From: Thermodesulfobacteriota bacterium
GTDB lineage: Bacteria > Desulfobacterota > Desulfarculia > JACQYL01
Assembly: GCA_963675595.2 (NCBI GenBank)
Contig: CAXXLZ010000002.1
Location: forward strand, 2,080,001 to 2,144,000
Length of the DNA: 64,000 nucleotides
Reading direction: 5' to 3'
Shown: positions 39,639 to 49,850 of the stretch, piece after piece
Layout of the letters: each line of letters opens with the position of its first letter
Position numbering within the stretch: the first letter of the stretch is position 1
Program-made: the position numbers and the translations under genes
The notes under the pieces: generated by a model
Seen by the model: the letters and a program-made list of their open reading frames with translations, nothing else
Told to the model about the DNA's origin: nothing
The model's database searches: none

Positions 39639-41360
39639 TCAATATGGACGCGACGATTCCCCCGTTTTGTCCCGCACCTCCATGGACCCGACCGCATAGA
39701 GCCGTAACGCTCCCGTCACGCCTTTAACATTCGCCTCAAAGGGCCGCAGGACTTTCACATAGTCCCGCACCGACTCCAGAACGGCCTCCGACACCACCAC
39801 TTCACCCTCCCGGGCTTCGGTTTGGATCCGCTGAGTCAGGTTCACGGCGGCGCCCACAATGCCGTATTTCGCGCGAATCTCGGAACCCACATTCCCCACG
39901 ATCACCTCACCGGTGTGCACCCCGATTCCCATGCTCAGGCTCGGCAGGCCCGGGACCTTCTCCAATTCGTTCATCATGTCCAAGGCAACCTGCATATCCA
40001 ACGCGCATCTCACCGCATCGAGGCTTCTGTCCTCCGGAACGGCGTCCAACGGATCGAAAAACACCAGCATGGCGTCCCCGATAAAATCCACGATAATGCC
40101 TTCATGTGAACGGACCACCTGGATCATTCTCGAATAATACCGGTTCAGTACTGTGATCACCGTTTCCGGCTCCATTCGCTCGCACAACGCGGTAAATCCC
40201 CTGAGGTCGGACATCAAAATAAACACTCTGCGTTTCTCTCCGCCCAACCGGGTGGATTCCGGCCGCCGCAGGAGCTTTTCGGCGACTTCACGATCCATGT
40301 AGCGGCCGAAAGTCGTTCGTATGAACTCCTGTTGCCTCAAAGACTCCACCATGGCATTGAAGCCGGCGGCCAGCCGTCCCACCTCATCGGAAGTTCGGAC
40401 CTTCACGGTTTCGCCGTAATCGCCCTCGGCCACCCGTTCCGCAGCCAGAGCGATCTCCCGAATGGAGCGCACGGTTCGAGAGGACACATATTGGATCAGA
40501 AACAGCACCATCCCGATACACAACGCGCCCAAGAGCCCGAAGTAGTTGCGAAAACGTATGATGGGCTTGAGAATCTCGTCGCCCTGCGCGAAGACCACGA
40601 CGCTCCAGGGCGCCTGCTTGAGGCGAAAGAAGCCGGCCACTTCTTCCGGAGGATGCCCTTCCCCGAAGATCGTACCGGAAGGCCTCTCTTTCATCGCCTG
40701 AAGCACCCGGGCTTCCAATGGGCTGCCGCTTCCTCCCAGCACTCGCCTTCCCGAATCTCCGGACGAAGTGTGAGCCAGGTAGCGCCCGGAAGCGTCCACC
40801 AAGCAGCCCTTCACTCCCTGCCACCAACTGCTCGCCACCAGATCGGCAATCAGATGATGCAGTTGAACGGTCACAAGAACTCTGCCGACGATGCGTCTCT
40901 GTTCGTCCAGCAACTCGGATACGAGTGTCACGCTTTCACTGCCCGTATCCGGATCCAACTCGGGAGGAGTCACCACCGACACGCGATCCTGCGTAGACAT
41001 CATCCGTCCGCCCATGTGGCGGCCGCCGAAGGCGAACATGGAAGACTCATTAGACCATTCCAGGTCCACGCTTTGAACGCCGTCCAGACTCCTGAGCTCC
41101 TCCAGCACGTGTTCTTGAGCCCTCAATCCTCCGCCCACCGGGATTCGGCGAAGCAGGGAAAGCCACTGAACGGGTTCCTCCAGACGCATGTCGACCTGAT
41201 GGGCGGCCCACCCCAGCTTGAGGATGGCGGCTTCCTTCCACTGATCCAACATGATGTTCCGCGCATAGATGAATCCCACGAATCCCGTCAGGAAAAGAAG
41301 CAGCGCCACCGGGCACAGGACCCAGATCATCAATCGCCTGCGTAGGCTTGAGGCTTTCAA
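39639..41360 (-). CDS. membrane adenylate/guanylate cyclase (periplasmic sensor-HAMP-class III cyclase)
   Basis: Two TMs, HAMP DEVGRLAAGFN, ILMSDLRGFT, FIGDA, GNVGS...YGIVGAAVNLTQR. Confidence 0.9.
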   Translation of the reverse strand: MKASSLRRRLMIWVLCPVALLLFLTGFVGFIYARNIMLDQWKEAAILKLGWAAHQVDMRLEEPVQWLSLLRRIPVGGGLRAQEHVLEELRSLDGVQSVDLEWSNESSMFAFGGRHMGGRMMSTQDRVSVVTPPELDPDTGSESVTLVSELLDEQRRIVGRVLVTVQLHHLIADLVASSWWQGVKGCLVDASGRYLAHTSSGDSGRRVLGGSGSPLEARVLQAMKERPSGTIFGEGHPPEEVAGFFRLKQAPWSVVVFAQGDEILKPIIRFRNYFGLLGALCIGMVLFLIQYVSSRTVRSIREIALAAERVAEGDYGETVKVRTSDEVGRLAAGFNAMVESLRQQEFIRTTFGRYMDREVAEKLLRRPESTRLGGEKRRVFILMSDLRGFTALCERMEPETVITVLNRYYSRMIQVVRSHEGIIVDFIGDAMLVFFDPLDAVPEDRSLDAVRCALDMQVALDMMNELEKVPGLPSLSMGIGVHTGEVIVGNVGSEIRAKYGIVGAAVNLTQRIQTEAREGEVVVSEAVLESVRDYVKVLRPFEANVKGVTGALRLYAVGSMEVRDKTGESSRPY

Positions 41361-41458
41361 ATTCTACCCTCGCTTCGGGGTCGTACGGGCGCCGACGACG
41401 GTTCGCCCATTGTCTAAAGAACCCTCCACCAACTTCCAAGCCTGTTGGAAACGGCCGG

Positions 41459-42829
41459 TTACATGGCTCCGTATTTCTTGAGCTTTTTGTGCAGGGTACG
41501 ACGGGTAATACCCAAGCGCCTGGCGGTTTCGCTCTTGTTTCCTCCACTCTCTTCCAGAGTTCGGAGGATGGCTTCCTTCTCCAGCTCATCCAAAGGCAGA
41601 TCGCCGGTCGGCTGGAGTATGGTTTTATCGGGAACCTCGGCTTCCTCCCGAAGGGACAAAGGGAGATCGTCCTCGCCGATGTGTTCGCCCCTGCAAAGCA
41701 CCACGCCTCGCTCCACGGCGTTCATCAGTTCCCTCACGTTTCCCGGCCAGGCATATCGAAGCATGAGGTCCATGGCTCGAGGGGTAAACCCTCGGATGTT
41801 TTTCTTGTTCTTCTCGGCGAACCGGTCCAGAAAATGGCGACACAGTAACGGAATATCCTCCTGCCGTTCTCTCAAGGGCGGCACCCGCAAAGAAACCACG
41901 TTCAGACGGTAATAAAGGTCCTCTCGAAAATTTCCTTTCCCGATCTCCTCGGCAAGGTCCCGATTGGTGGCGGACAGAACCCGGACATCCACCTCCAACA
42001 CCTCGTCTCCGCCCACCCTCTGGACTCTTCTCTCCTGAAGCACCCGCAATAGTTTGGCCTGCATGGCCATGGAAGTCTCACCGATTTCGTCCAGAAAAAG
42101 CGTCCCGCCGTGGGCCTGCCGAAAGCGTCCTTCTCTGCGCCGATCGGCTCCGGTGAAGGCTCCCTTTTCGTGACCGAAAAGCTCGGATTCCAGCAAAGTC
42201 TCGGTGATGGCGGCGCAATTGAACGTTACAAAGGGCTTTTCCCGTCTAGGGCTGTTATAATGAATGGCGCCCGCGATAAGTTCCTTTCCCGTTCCGGACT
42301 CCCCGGTAATCAGCACGCCCGCTTCCGTGGGGGCCACCATGGCCACGGTTTCCAAGAGGTCCAGCATGACCTTGCTTCGCCCCACGATGTTCACCAGATC
42401 GAAGGTCTCTCCCAAACGCTTCCGAAGCGCGAGATTTTCTTGTTTGAGCCGGCTGTGATCCGTGGCCCTTTCGATGGCCAGTCGCAGTTCATCGAAATCC
42501 AGCGGTTTGGTCAGATAATCGTAAGCTCCCTTGCGCAGAGCATCCACGGCGGTTTCAACGGAAGAATAAGCCGTCATAATGAGCACCGGAAGAGAGGGAT
42601 TGAACTTCTTCACCTCCTCCAAGGCTTCGAGGCCGGACATGCGGACCATACGGACATCCATGAGAACCAGATCGAAGAATTCCTCATGGACCTTCTCCAC
42701 GGCCGCGGAACCGTCGTCCGCCTCCACGACTTCGTGGCCCCAGCCCCCCAGGAGTGTTCGGAGCATGGTCCGATGCCCTCGGTCGTCATCCACCACCAAT
42801 ATTTTTACCCGACTGGACAAATCGATCAC
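41459..42829 (-). CDS. zraR: sigma54-dependent response regulator (ZraR/HydG-like)
   Basis: REC (VVDDD, DVRM), GESGTGKE, ESELFGHEKGAFTGA, Fis HTH; start trimmed from track ORF. Confidence 0.85.
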   Translation of the reverse strand: MIDLSSRVKILVVDDDRGHRTMLRTLLGGWGHEVVEADDGSAAVEKVHEEFFDLVLMDVRMVRMSGLEALEEVKKFNPSLPVLIMTAYSSVETAVDALRKGAYDYLTKPLDFDELRLAIERATDHSRLKQENLALRKRLGETFDLVNIVGRSKVMLDLLETVAMVAPTEAGVLITGESGTGKELIAGAIHYNSPRREKPFVTFNCAAITETLLESELFGHEKGAFTGADRRREGRFRQAHGGTLFLDEIGETSMAMQAKLLRVLQERRVQRVGGDEVLEVDVRVLSATNRDLAEEIGKGNFREDLYYRLNVVSLRVPPLRERQEDIPLLCRHFLDRFAEKNKKNIRGFTPRAMDLMLRYAWPGNVRELMNAVERGVVLCRGEHIGEDDLPLSLREEAEVPDKTILQPTGDLPLDELEKEAILRTLEESGGNKSETARRLGITRRTLHKKLKKYGAM

Positions 42830-42926
42830 CCGATACGAAATTTTCGAACCCTGAAGGTTGAACCCGTTCACCCTTCTCGAACGCGGAGTTCCGGTCCTTT
42901 TCCACCTATGTGGAAGAGGCGCGGAA

Positions 42927-44894
42927 TCATGATGAATGCTGCCGCCGCCCCCCTTCGTGACCCTCGGATTCTCCGGGCTGAAGTCCGGTAGAGTCCTCCC
43001 CGCGGGCCGGTTCAAGCCCTGAGGTCGATCCCTGGTCGGCGTCTTCCCGAGTCTCTCCCGAACCGCCGAACTCCGCGGGTCTCCTGTGCGACATGGGAAG
43101 TACAATGGTGATGGTCGTGCCGGTGCCCGGAGCGCTTTCCACGCGAATCGATCCGCCGTGGGCATCCACGATCCTGTGCACGATGGCCAAACCCAATCCC
43201 GTGCCGTCCGACTTGGTGGTAAAGTAGGGATCGAAAATCTGCTCTCTCTCCCCTTGAGCGATTCCCTGACCCGTATCCGAGACGTCCACGAAAATGGAGG
43301 ATTGGGACGGCCTAGAGTTGACGCGCACCGTAAGGACTCCGCCTTCCGGCATGGCTTGAAGGCTGTTCAGGTACAGATTCAGAAAAACCTGGCTGAGCCG
43401 GTCCCAGTCCATGGACATCGGTGGGAGGTCCGGCTGGATTTCGGTACAAATCTCCACTCGCTTTTTCTTCGCGTCTCCCTCCACAAGGCGAAGCGAGCGC
43501 CGAATCAACTCGTCCAGTGAGCCGACTCTCAAATTCAGGGCGGTGGGACGGGCGAACTCCAGCAGTTCCCGGATGACCCGATCCAGTCTTTCCACTTCCT
43601 CGATCATCACATTGGCGGTTTCCCGATCCTGCGCATTCTCTCCGTATCTTTCCTTGAAATAAGTGGCGAAACCTTTAATGGAGCTGAGGGGGTTCCTGAT
43701 TTCATGGGCGACACCGGCCGCCAGACTGCCCACCGAAGCCAAACGCCGGCTCCGTTCCACTTCTCTTTGAAGCCGACGAACCTCGCGAAGGTCCCGAAAA
43801 ATAAATACGTAGCCCAGAAAATTGCCTCCGTCGTCCCGCAACAGAGCTCCGCTCACACTCAAGGGAACGGATTCACCCGAAGCGAGTCGCCATTCCGCAT
43901 CCTGCTCCAGAAGCCCTTCTTCGATGTCCAACCTGGAAACCAGGCTTCGGAAATCTCCCGGCAGCACCCCACGAATGGGCCGACCGATCATCTCCGAAGC
44001 ATCACATTGGATGATGGCCGCCGCACTGGAATTGAACACGGCCACGTCTCCCTGTTCATCCGTGGCCACGAGCCCCATGGGCATTTTGTCCACAACTTGG
44101 TCGGAAAAGGCTTGAACTCTCTCCAACGAACGCCTGGCGAGTCGGTATCCCTGTGCCAGCAGCAGGGTTACCAGCCCGGCGAAACCTCCCACGACCATCA
44201 CGGCGGCCAGAATCACCGCATGGCGCACCGCTTCGCGGGTGGCGGCATTGAGCGGGGAAAGGTCAAGCCCCACAAAGATGTACAGCACGGGCTCCTCGGA
44301 CGTCTGTTCTTCCGGGCCTTCCAAAGGAGGCCCGGGGCTCTCCGGGCCGGGCCGGGAACCGGGTGGTCCCCACATCATCATGTGCCCTCTCCCATGCATT
44401 CCGCCCTGAAAGGATCGCCCTCGGCGCATGGGAACGTATCTTCGATAGACTTCAAAGACCTCTCCATCTCCTTCCATCCGGGCCATGCGCCAGTGGACCG
44501 CCCTATCGTCGGTCTCTCCCGCCAAAGAAGGCAAAGGCGCCATGTCGTATGATTCCCCGATGCGAGCGGAATCACTGTCCACCAGGATCCGTCCGTCCTC
44601 ATCCGTCACCACTAAATAGGCAATACCTTTCTGTCTGGCTGTTTCCTCGAGCAGACGCTGGACCTGACTCCCCCCCCAGCCCATGTGGATCATGCCCGCT
44701 CGTGTCCCGGCCTCGAAGGAGCGAATAAGCGCTTCTCCCTTTTCCGTCATCAAACGGATGGTGTTTTCGCGGTCTCGATGGTAGCTCGTGAAGGCAATGA
44801 AAGCCGCGATAGGCAGGAGCACGAGCACCCCGGCGATAACCAACCAGGGCGAAAGCGAGATCAGAAGAGTGCGACGTGTGGAATTCTTTTTCAT
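42927..44894 (-). CDS. zraS: sensor histidine kinase (ZraS/HydH-like, with PAS)
   Basis: EKGEALIRSFEAGTRAGM, His/Met-rich periplasmic loop, AHEIRNPL, DTGQGI, GTGLGL. Confidence 0.85.
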   Translation of the reverse strand: MKKNSTRRTLLISLSPWLVIAGVLVLLPIAAFIAFTSYHRDRENTIRLMTEKGEALIRSFEAGTRAGMIHMGWGGSQVQRLLEETARQKGIAYLVVTDEDGRILVDSDSARIGESYDMAPLPSLAGETDDRAVHWRMARMEGDGEVFEVYRRYVPMRRGRSFQGGMHGRGHMMMWGPPGSRPGPESPGPPLEGPEEQTSEEPVLYIFVGLDLSPLNAATREAVRHAVILAAVMVVGGFAGLVTLLLAQGYRLARRSLERVQAFSDQVVDKMPMGLVATDEQGDVAVFNSSAAAIIQCDASEMIGRPIRGVLPGDFRSLVSRLDIEEGLLEQDAEWRLASGESVPLSVSGALLRDDGGNFLGYVFIFRDLREVRRLQREVERSRRLASVGSLAAGVAHEIRNPLSSIKGFATYFKERYGENAQDRETANVMIEEVERLDRVIRELLEFARPTALNLRVGSLDELIRRSLRLVEGDAKKKRVEICTEIQPDLPPMSMDWDRLSQVFLNLYLNSLQAMPEGGVLTVRVNSRPSQSSIFVDVSDTGQGIAQGEREQIFDPYFTTKSDGTGLGLAIVHRIVDAHGGSIRVESAPGTGTTITIVLPMSHRRPAEFGGSGETREDADQGSTSGLEPARGEDSTGLQPGESEGHEGGRRQHSS

Positions 44895-45043
44895 GATGAA
44901 GCGTTGAACCGGTCCTTTGGTTTAAGGAGATGCGCGCGTCCGCGCCGTAACATGAGTCAAGGGAGCACAATACGTACCAAAAAGTAATTATACGGAACCG
45001 CGTGGAGATTCACCTTGGAGCGTCGCGCCCTGTGTCTCGCACC

Positions 45044-45103
45044 TGGATACTTGGTATCCACCTGGATACCCCTGCAAGGCCGAAGTGGATACATCTTATC
45101 CAC
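45044..45103. promoter_or_regulatory. two palindromic enhancer sites, putative ZraR-type binding
   Basis: TGGATAC-TTG-GTATCCA (45044-60) and TGGATAC-ATC-TTATCCA (45086-102), 42 bp apart. Confidence 0.6.
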
Positions 45104-45281
45104 CCGACGTCCGAAGTGCAAAGGAAATTCGGCAGGCCGAAAATCTACATTCGCCCGCAACCAAGCGCCCCTCCAATGAAAACGTCGTCCATGCCGGCAG
45201 CCAGCACGTCTGTTGCTTTAGAGGGAAGAAAACGATTTGAAAAACAGGAAGCCATACACACCCACACAAGGAGGAACTCAA

Positions 45282-45788
45282 ATGAGAAAAGCGGCAACCA
45301 CTTTAGGCGTTCTGGCATTGGCCCTCATCCTGGCAGCCCCCGTAATGGCCGGCTGGGGTCGACATCGAAGCGGCACCGGCGTCGGCACTGGAGCTTACGA
45401 TTGTCCTTATGGCCGCGGTGCCGGGTACGCGAATCTCACCGATGAAGAAGCGACCAAGTTGGATGAACTGCGACAAAAATTTTACAACGAAACCCGAGAC
45501 ATCCGTGACAACCTGATCCTCAAGTCGCGAGAGCTCGACACGGTCATGGCGGCCGAGAATCCGGACATGGAAAAGGCCAAGCAGCTTCAGAAAGAAATCA
45601 GCGACCTCCGATCGACGCTGGATCAGAAGAGACTGGAGCACCGGCTGGAAATGCGTAAGGCCGTTCCCGACGCGGCGGACTGCCCGGGTTATGGCAGAGG
45701 GTACGGCATGGGTTACGGCGGCGGTATGCACGGCGGTATGCGCGGCGGCGGGTACATGATGCAGCAATACGGCACCGACGCGAACTAA
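45282..45788 (+). CDS. zraP: periplasmic zinc-resistance/Spy-CpxP family protein (ZraP-like)
   Basis: Signal peptide; LTDEE...LRQKF, NPDMEKAKQLQKEISDLRS; G/M/Y/H-rich tail; divergent from zraSR. Confidence 0.82.
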   Translation: MRKAATTLGVLALALILAAPVMAGWGRHRSGTGVGTGAYDCPYGRGAGYANLTDEEATKLDELRQKFYNETRDIRDNLILKSRELDTVMAAENPDMEKAKQLQKEISDLRSTLDQKRLEHRLEMRKAVPDAADCPGYGRGYGMGYGGGMHGGMRGGGYMMQQYGTDAN

Positions 45789-45840
45789 GCAAAGCTTTCG
45801 AAACAGCCCGTCAACACCGGGAGATTCCCCACCCAAGGCG

Positions 45841-45885
45841 CAAAGGTCCTCCCTCCGTTCGGAGGGAGGACCTTTGTCTTTTCTT
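45841..45885 (+). terminator. intrinsic terminator
   Basis: CAAAGGTCCTCCCTCC-GTTC-GGAGGGAGGACCTTTG followed by TCTTTTCTT. Confidence 0.85.
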
Positions 45886-46057
45886 CGAATACAGAAGTGA
45901 ATCCAAAAACATCCCGGCAAACCCGGTCAACGGAATTCACCCCGGGATAATCCTTCGCTTCCGAAGCGCTCAGGTCGGAAGGGTCTCCGACGAGGGAATC
46001 CTCATGCGGAAGGATTCCCTCCTTATCGGTGGGAAGGCACCCGGCTTTCGTCCGTCT

Positions 46058-48511
46058 CTATTTGTCCCGGGTCGCCCCGGCTTCCGTTTCCACCGCCCCC
46101 TCGACGTCTCGTCGAATCACGTTCTTCAGGTGCTTCCGATCTTTCAGGGGATGAAATTCCACACGACGGTTTTCGGTGCGTCCCTCCGCCGTGCCGTTGG
46201 TCGCCACGGGGATGGTGAATCCGTATCCGGATACGGGTAACCGGGATCCGTCGATCCCCTTGTTCACGAGATATCGCCTTACCGCCACGGCCCTTCGAAG
46301 CGCCAAGGCTCGATTATAGCTTTCCGTTCCCACGTTGTCCGTGTGGCCCTGTACGTCCACCACCAATTCGGAATTCTTCTTCAGAATGTCCGCCACGGCG
46401 TCCAGCAGAGGATATCCGGCCCGCTTGACGACGGACTTGTCGAAATCAAAAAGCACGTTGCCCACGGACCAGCATCCACGGTCATCCACTCGCGCACCCG
46501 CGGGAGTCCCCGGACACTGATCCAGGTAATCGGCGACGCCGTCGCCGTCCGTATCCAGCGGACAACCTTCCTTATCCACAGGAGCGCAAGCGGGCGTATC
46601 CGGGCATTTATCCAGGTAATCCGGCACCCCGTCCTTGTCGGAATCCAACGGACAACCTCGCTTATCCACCGCCACGCCCGTCGGCGTATCCGGGCACTCG
46701 TCCAGATCATCGATCACGCCGTCGCCGTCCGTATCCTTCTTTTCCGCTTTCTCCGGCACACGAATGATGACCGGCACCGCTCCGCCCGAAGGCGCGGACA
46801 CGGCGGCCGGCGGCCCGGCGGCAAACTCGGCGGGTTTCCCCGGTTCTTCCACGGCCGATTTCACGGGTTCCTCGACAACCGATTCCTTGACTTCCTTTAC
46901 GCAACCCCGCTCGTCCACCACGGACTCCGGAGGCGTATCGGGACAGAGATCCCGATAGTCCGGCACTCCGTCGCCATCGGAATCCTTGGGGCATCCCAGT
47001 TCATCCACCACGGCTCCCACGGGGGTTTCCGGGCACTGATCCAGGTAATCGGGAACACCATCGCCGTCCGTGTCCTTCGGACAGCCTCGCTTGTCCACCG
47101 CCACTCCGGCGGGAGTCTTCGGACACTCGTCCAGATAGTCGTAGACACCGTCTTTGTCCTCATCCGGGGGGCATCCGTTTTCGCTCACGATAAGGCCCTT
47201 CATGGTATCGGGGCATTCATCCGATGCGTCCGCCACCCCGTCGCCGTCGGAATCCTTGGGGCATCCCAGATCGTCCACAACGATTCCCTTCGCGGTACCC
47301 GGACACAAGTCCAGGTAATCCGGGATACCGTCGCCGTCCGTATCCTTGGGACAACCCTTCTCATCCACCATGACGCCTCTCGGCGTATCGGGGCACTCAT
47401 CCAAATAATCGAACACGGTGTCCGAGTCGGCATCCTTTGGGCAACCACGTTCATCCACAGCTATGTCCTTCGGGGTGTCCGGACACACGTCACGGTAATC
47501 CGGAACACCATCGCCGTCCGCATCCATGGCGCAACCCCGGTCATCCACGGCGACTCCTTTGGGGGTTCCGGGGCACTCATCCAGGTAATCCGGAACACCG
47601 TCGCCGTCGGCGTCTTTGGGGCAACCCATCTCATCCACTTGAGCTTCCTTGGGTGTGTCCGGGCAGCGATCCAGATAATCCGGAACGCCGTCGCCATCGG
47701 AATCCTCCGGACACCCACGGGCGTCCACTTTTATGCCGGCAGGCGTATCCGGACAGACGTCTTTTGGATCGTGCACGCCGTCCATATCCGAGTCCGGAGT
47801 CTCCTGGAGGAACACCTGTTTCACATATTCCGCCATACCCTCGCTCGAATAAATGCGAATCGGATGGGTGAAAAAGCCGCATTTCACCGTCCGCGGCATT
47901 TGCTCCATGAGGACTTCGCCCGGAAACGATTCTCCCACGAACACCGTGTAGATACAGAGTCGATCCCGATATTCTTTTTCCAGCTTCCTCGCCTCTTCGA
48001 TGGGTTTGTCGTCCATCAGCTCCCCGTCGCTGAACACCAGAAGTCCCAGCTTACCGGGGGCGTCTTTGAAATCTTCCGCGGCCGCCTTGACGGCTTCATG
48101 AAGCGGACTGTCTCCCGCGGCATATTTGATCCGATCCAAGGCTTTTTCGAAGCCGTCCCGCGTATAAGCCTCGGGACCGTAAACCAGTTCCGTCCGGGTG
48201 CCGAAACGCGAAGCCCCAGCTCCGAACGTCCGAATCGCACCGGTCAATTTCAGATTCGGAATCGTTTGATTCATCCGGTTCAATACTTCTTTGGCATATT
48301 CGAATTTCGTTTGCTTGCCGAGTTTGTCTTCCATAGACAAAGAGGCATCGAAAAGAACGACGAAAGAGTCCAACTTTTGGACGTATTGCCCGGTTTCAAG
48401 AACCGGATTCAGGTCCACCGGCGTAAATCCGGCCCCGGCGGGAAAACTCAGGCCGAGGATGAGAAGAAAAACCACACCCCCACAAAATCCCCAATTACGA
48501 CTTCCAGCCAT
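46058..48511 (-). CDS. OmpA-family protein with VWA domain and 13 thrombospondin type-3 repeats
   Basis: Signal peptide; DASLSM/FSDG VWA; DxDGDGVxDxLDxCPxTP repeats; FDFDKS...GHTD...NRRVE OmpA_C. Confidence 0.9.
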   Translation of the reverse strand: MAGSRNWGFCGGVVFLLILGLSFPAGAGFTPVDLNPVLETGQYVQKLDSFVVLFDASLSMEDKLGKQTKFEYAKEVLNRMNQTIPNLKLTGAIRTFGAGASRFGTRTELVYGPEAYTRDGFEKALDRIKYAAGDSPLHEAVKAAAEDFKDAPGKLGLLVFSDGELMDDKPIEEARKLEKEYRDRLCIYTVFVGESFPGEVLMEQMPRTVKCGFFTHPIRIYSSEGMAEYVKQVFLQETPDSDMDGVHDPKDVCPDTPAGIKVDARGCPEDSDGDGVPDYLDRCPDTPKEAQVDEMGCPKDADGDGVPDYLDECPGTPKGVAVDDRGCAMDADGDGVPDYRDVCPDTPKDIAVDERGCPKDADSDTVFDYLDECPDTPRGVMVDEKGCPKDTDGDGIPDYLDLCPGTAKGIVVDDLGCPKDSDGDGVADASDECPDTMKGLIVSENGCPPDEDKDGVYDYLDECPKTPAGVAVDKRGCPKDTDGDGVPDYLDQCPETPVGAVVDELGCPKDSDGDGVPDYRDLCPDTPPESVVDERGCVKEVKESVVEEPVKSAVEEPGKPAEFAAGPPAAVSAPSGGAVPVIIRVPEKAEKKDTDGDGVIDDLDECPDTPTGVAVDKRGCPLDSDKDGVPDYLDKCPDTPACAPVDKEGCPLDTDGDGVADYLDQCPGTPAGARVDDRGCWSVGNVLFDFDKSVVKRAGYPLLDAVADILKKNSELVVDVQGHTDNVGTESYNRALALRRAVAVRRYLVNKGIDGSRLPVSGYGFTIPVATNGTAEGRTENRRVEFHPLKDRKHLKNVIRRDVEGAVETEAGATRDK

Positions 48512-48927
48512 AACGCCTCCCTGTTTGCCTGCAAAGCAATTGTCCGTTTTATTCCGCTTTTTCGAATTCTCAACAGCTCAATGGAACAACTCCCACCGAA
48601 ATGAAGAACGGCATTTCACCGCTTCCTGAAAGCCCGCTCCTTAAACGGGATTCGGTCGCAACCGTCGCCCGCCGGGTCGGGTCCGCTCTCTCCCGATCGT
48701 GACGGGCCGCCTTACCCCGCGGTGAGCGGTTTCCATTATACGCAAACTCGTCGGCTCCGGGCATCGGGTCGGTACTGTAAAGCAAGGACTCACCCGATAC
48801 GAGTGTCGGTTTGCGACGATTTCATTATAAGGCAGGTTCTACGGGATACGGAAAGAATTCGTTCGACCGGTATGTTACATTTCCGGGCGGCAGGGAAGCA
48901 GTGATTCGATTCTTGGGGAGGCGGGGA

Positions 48928-49425
48928 TCACAATTTGAACTCGGCGCGAATTTTATACACTCGGACGGCGGGCATATTCAGGACATCTTCGATCCCGGTT
49001 CGACGCGATATCTCGTCCAGGCTCCGCCGGATGAATTCCTCCGAAGGAGCGATAAAGGTAAACCAGACATTGTAGTGATGATCGCGTTCATAGTTGTGGG
49101 TCACTCCGGGATGACGATTCACCTCTTCCACGAAGTCCTCGATTTGATCGGCGGGAACATGGGCCGCACACAGGGTGCTCGTATAGCCGATGCTTCTCGG
49201 ATTCACATTGGCACCGATTCTTCGAATCACACCAATGGACTTCAATCGAGATACGCGCTCCAACACTTCGTCTTCGGAAATCCCCAGTTGGTCACCGATA
49301 ACCTCGTACGGTCTGCTTTCCATGGGAAAACCGGACTGCATCAGATTGATCAGGTCCCGATCCACATCGTCCATGGACGCCTGGTCTCGATCGTCTTTCA
49401 CGATGGCTTGCTCCCGCGTCTCCAT
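48928..49425 (-). CDS. ahbA: siroheme decarboxylase alpha subunit (AhbA/NirD-like)
   Basis: Q.GFP...RPY, GVIRRIG, STLCAA.VP, GVTHNYER.H.YNVWFT. Confidence 0.85.
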   Translation of the reverse strand: METREQAIVKDDRDQASMDDVDRDLINLMQSGFPMESRPYEVIGDQLGISEDEVLERVSRLKSIGVIRRIGANVNPRSIGYTSTLCAAHVPADQIEDFVEEVNRHPGVTHNYERDHHYNVWFTFIAPSEEFIRRSLDEISRRTGIEDVLNMPAVRVYKIRAEFKL

Positions 49426-49441
49426 ATCCGGCTCCCGTACC

Positions 49442-49834
49442 TTATCCCACACACTTGAGCAGCACTTTTCGTGTTCGGGGACCGTCGAATTCACAGAAGA
49501 AGATTCTCTGCCAGGTTCCCAGCACCGGTCTTCCGTCTTCCACCAGGACCAACTGGGAACACCCCACGAGAGAGGTCTTGATGTGGGCCGCGGAGTTTCC
49601 TTCGGAATGCCGATAGCCGTCTTCCAGAGGAATCCTCTTGTTCAGTTCCATGAGGATGTCCGCCTGGACCGCCGGGTCCGCCCCCTCGTTGATCGTCACT
49701 GCGGCCGTGGTGTGAGGCACGTGGAGAACACAGAACCCGTCTTTGAAACCCAACCGGGATATCTCGTTCTCCACCTGAGATGTGATGTCGACCATTTCCG
49801 CACGGCCGGCGGTTTTTACCGTGATCACGTTCAT
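49442..49834 (-). CDS. yjbQ: YjbQ/UPF0047 family protein
   Basis: PHTTAAVTINE, HSEGNSAAHIK, LGTWQRIFFCEFDGPR. Confidence 0.92.
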   Translation of the reverse strand: MNVITVKTAGRAEMVDITSQVENEISRLGFKDGFCVLHVPHTTAAVTINEGADPAVQADILMELNKRIPLEDGYRHSEGNSAAHIKTSLVGCSQLVLVEDGRPVLGTWQRIFFCEFDGPRTRKVLLKCVG

Positions 49835-49850
49835 GACTCCCCTCCTCGTG

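Noticed and set aside
46500-47800. Regular 90-bp periodicity resembling a CRISPR array or DNA tandem repeat
   Set aside because: It is coding TSP3 repeats with synonymous divergence; no repeat-spacer structure and no cas genes.
46343-48604. Long antisense ORFs (753 aa here; also 4941-6368, 59049-60536, 2434-3555)
   Set aside because: Shadow frames of well-supported opposite-strand genes in GC-rich DNA.
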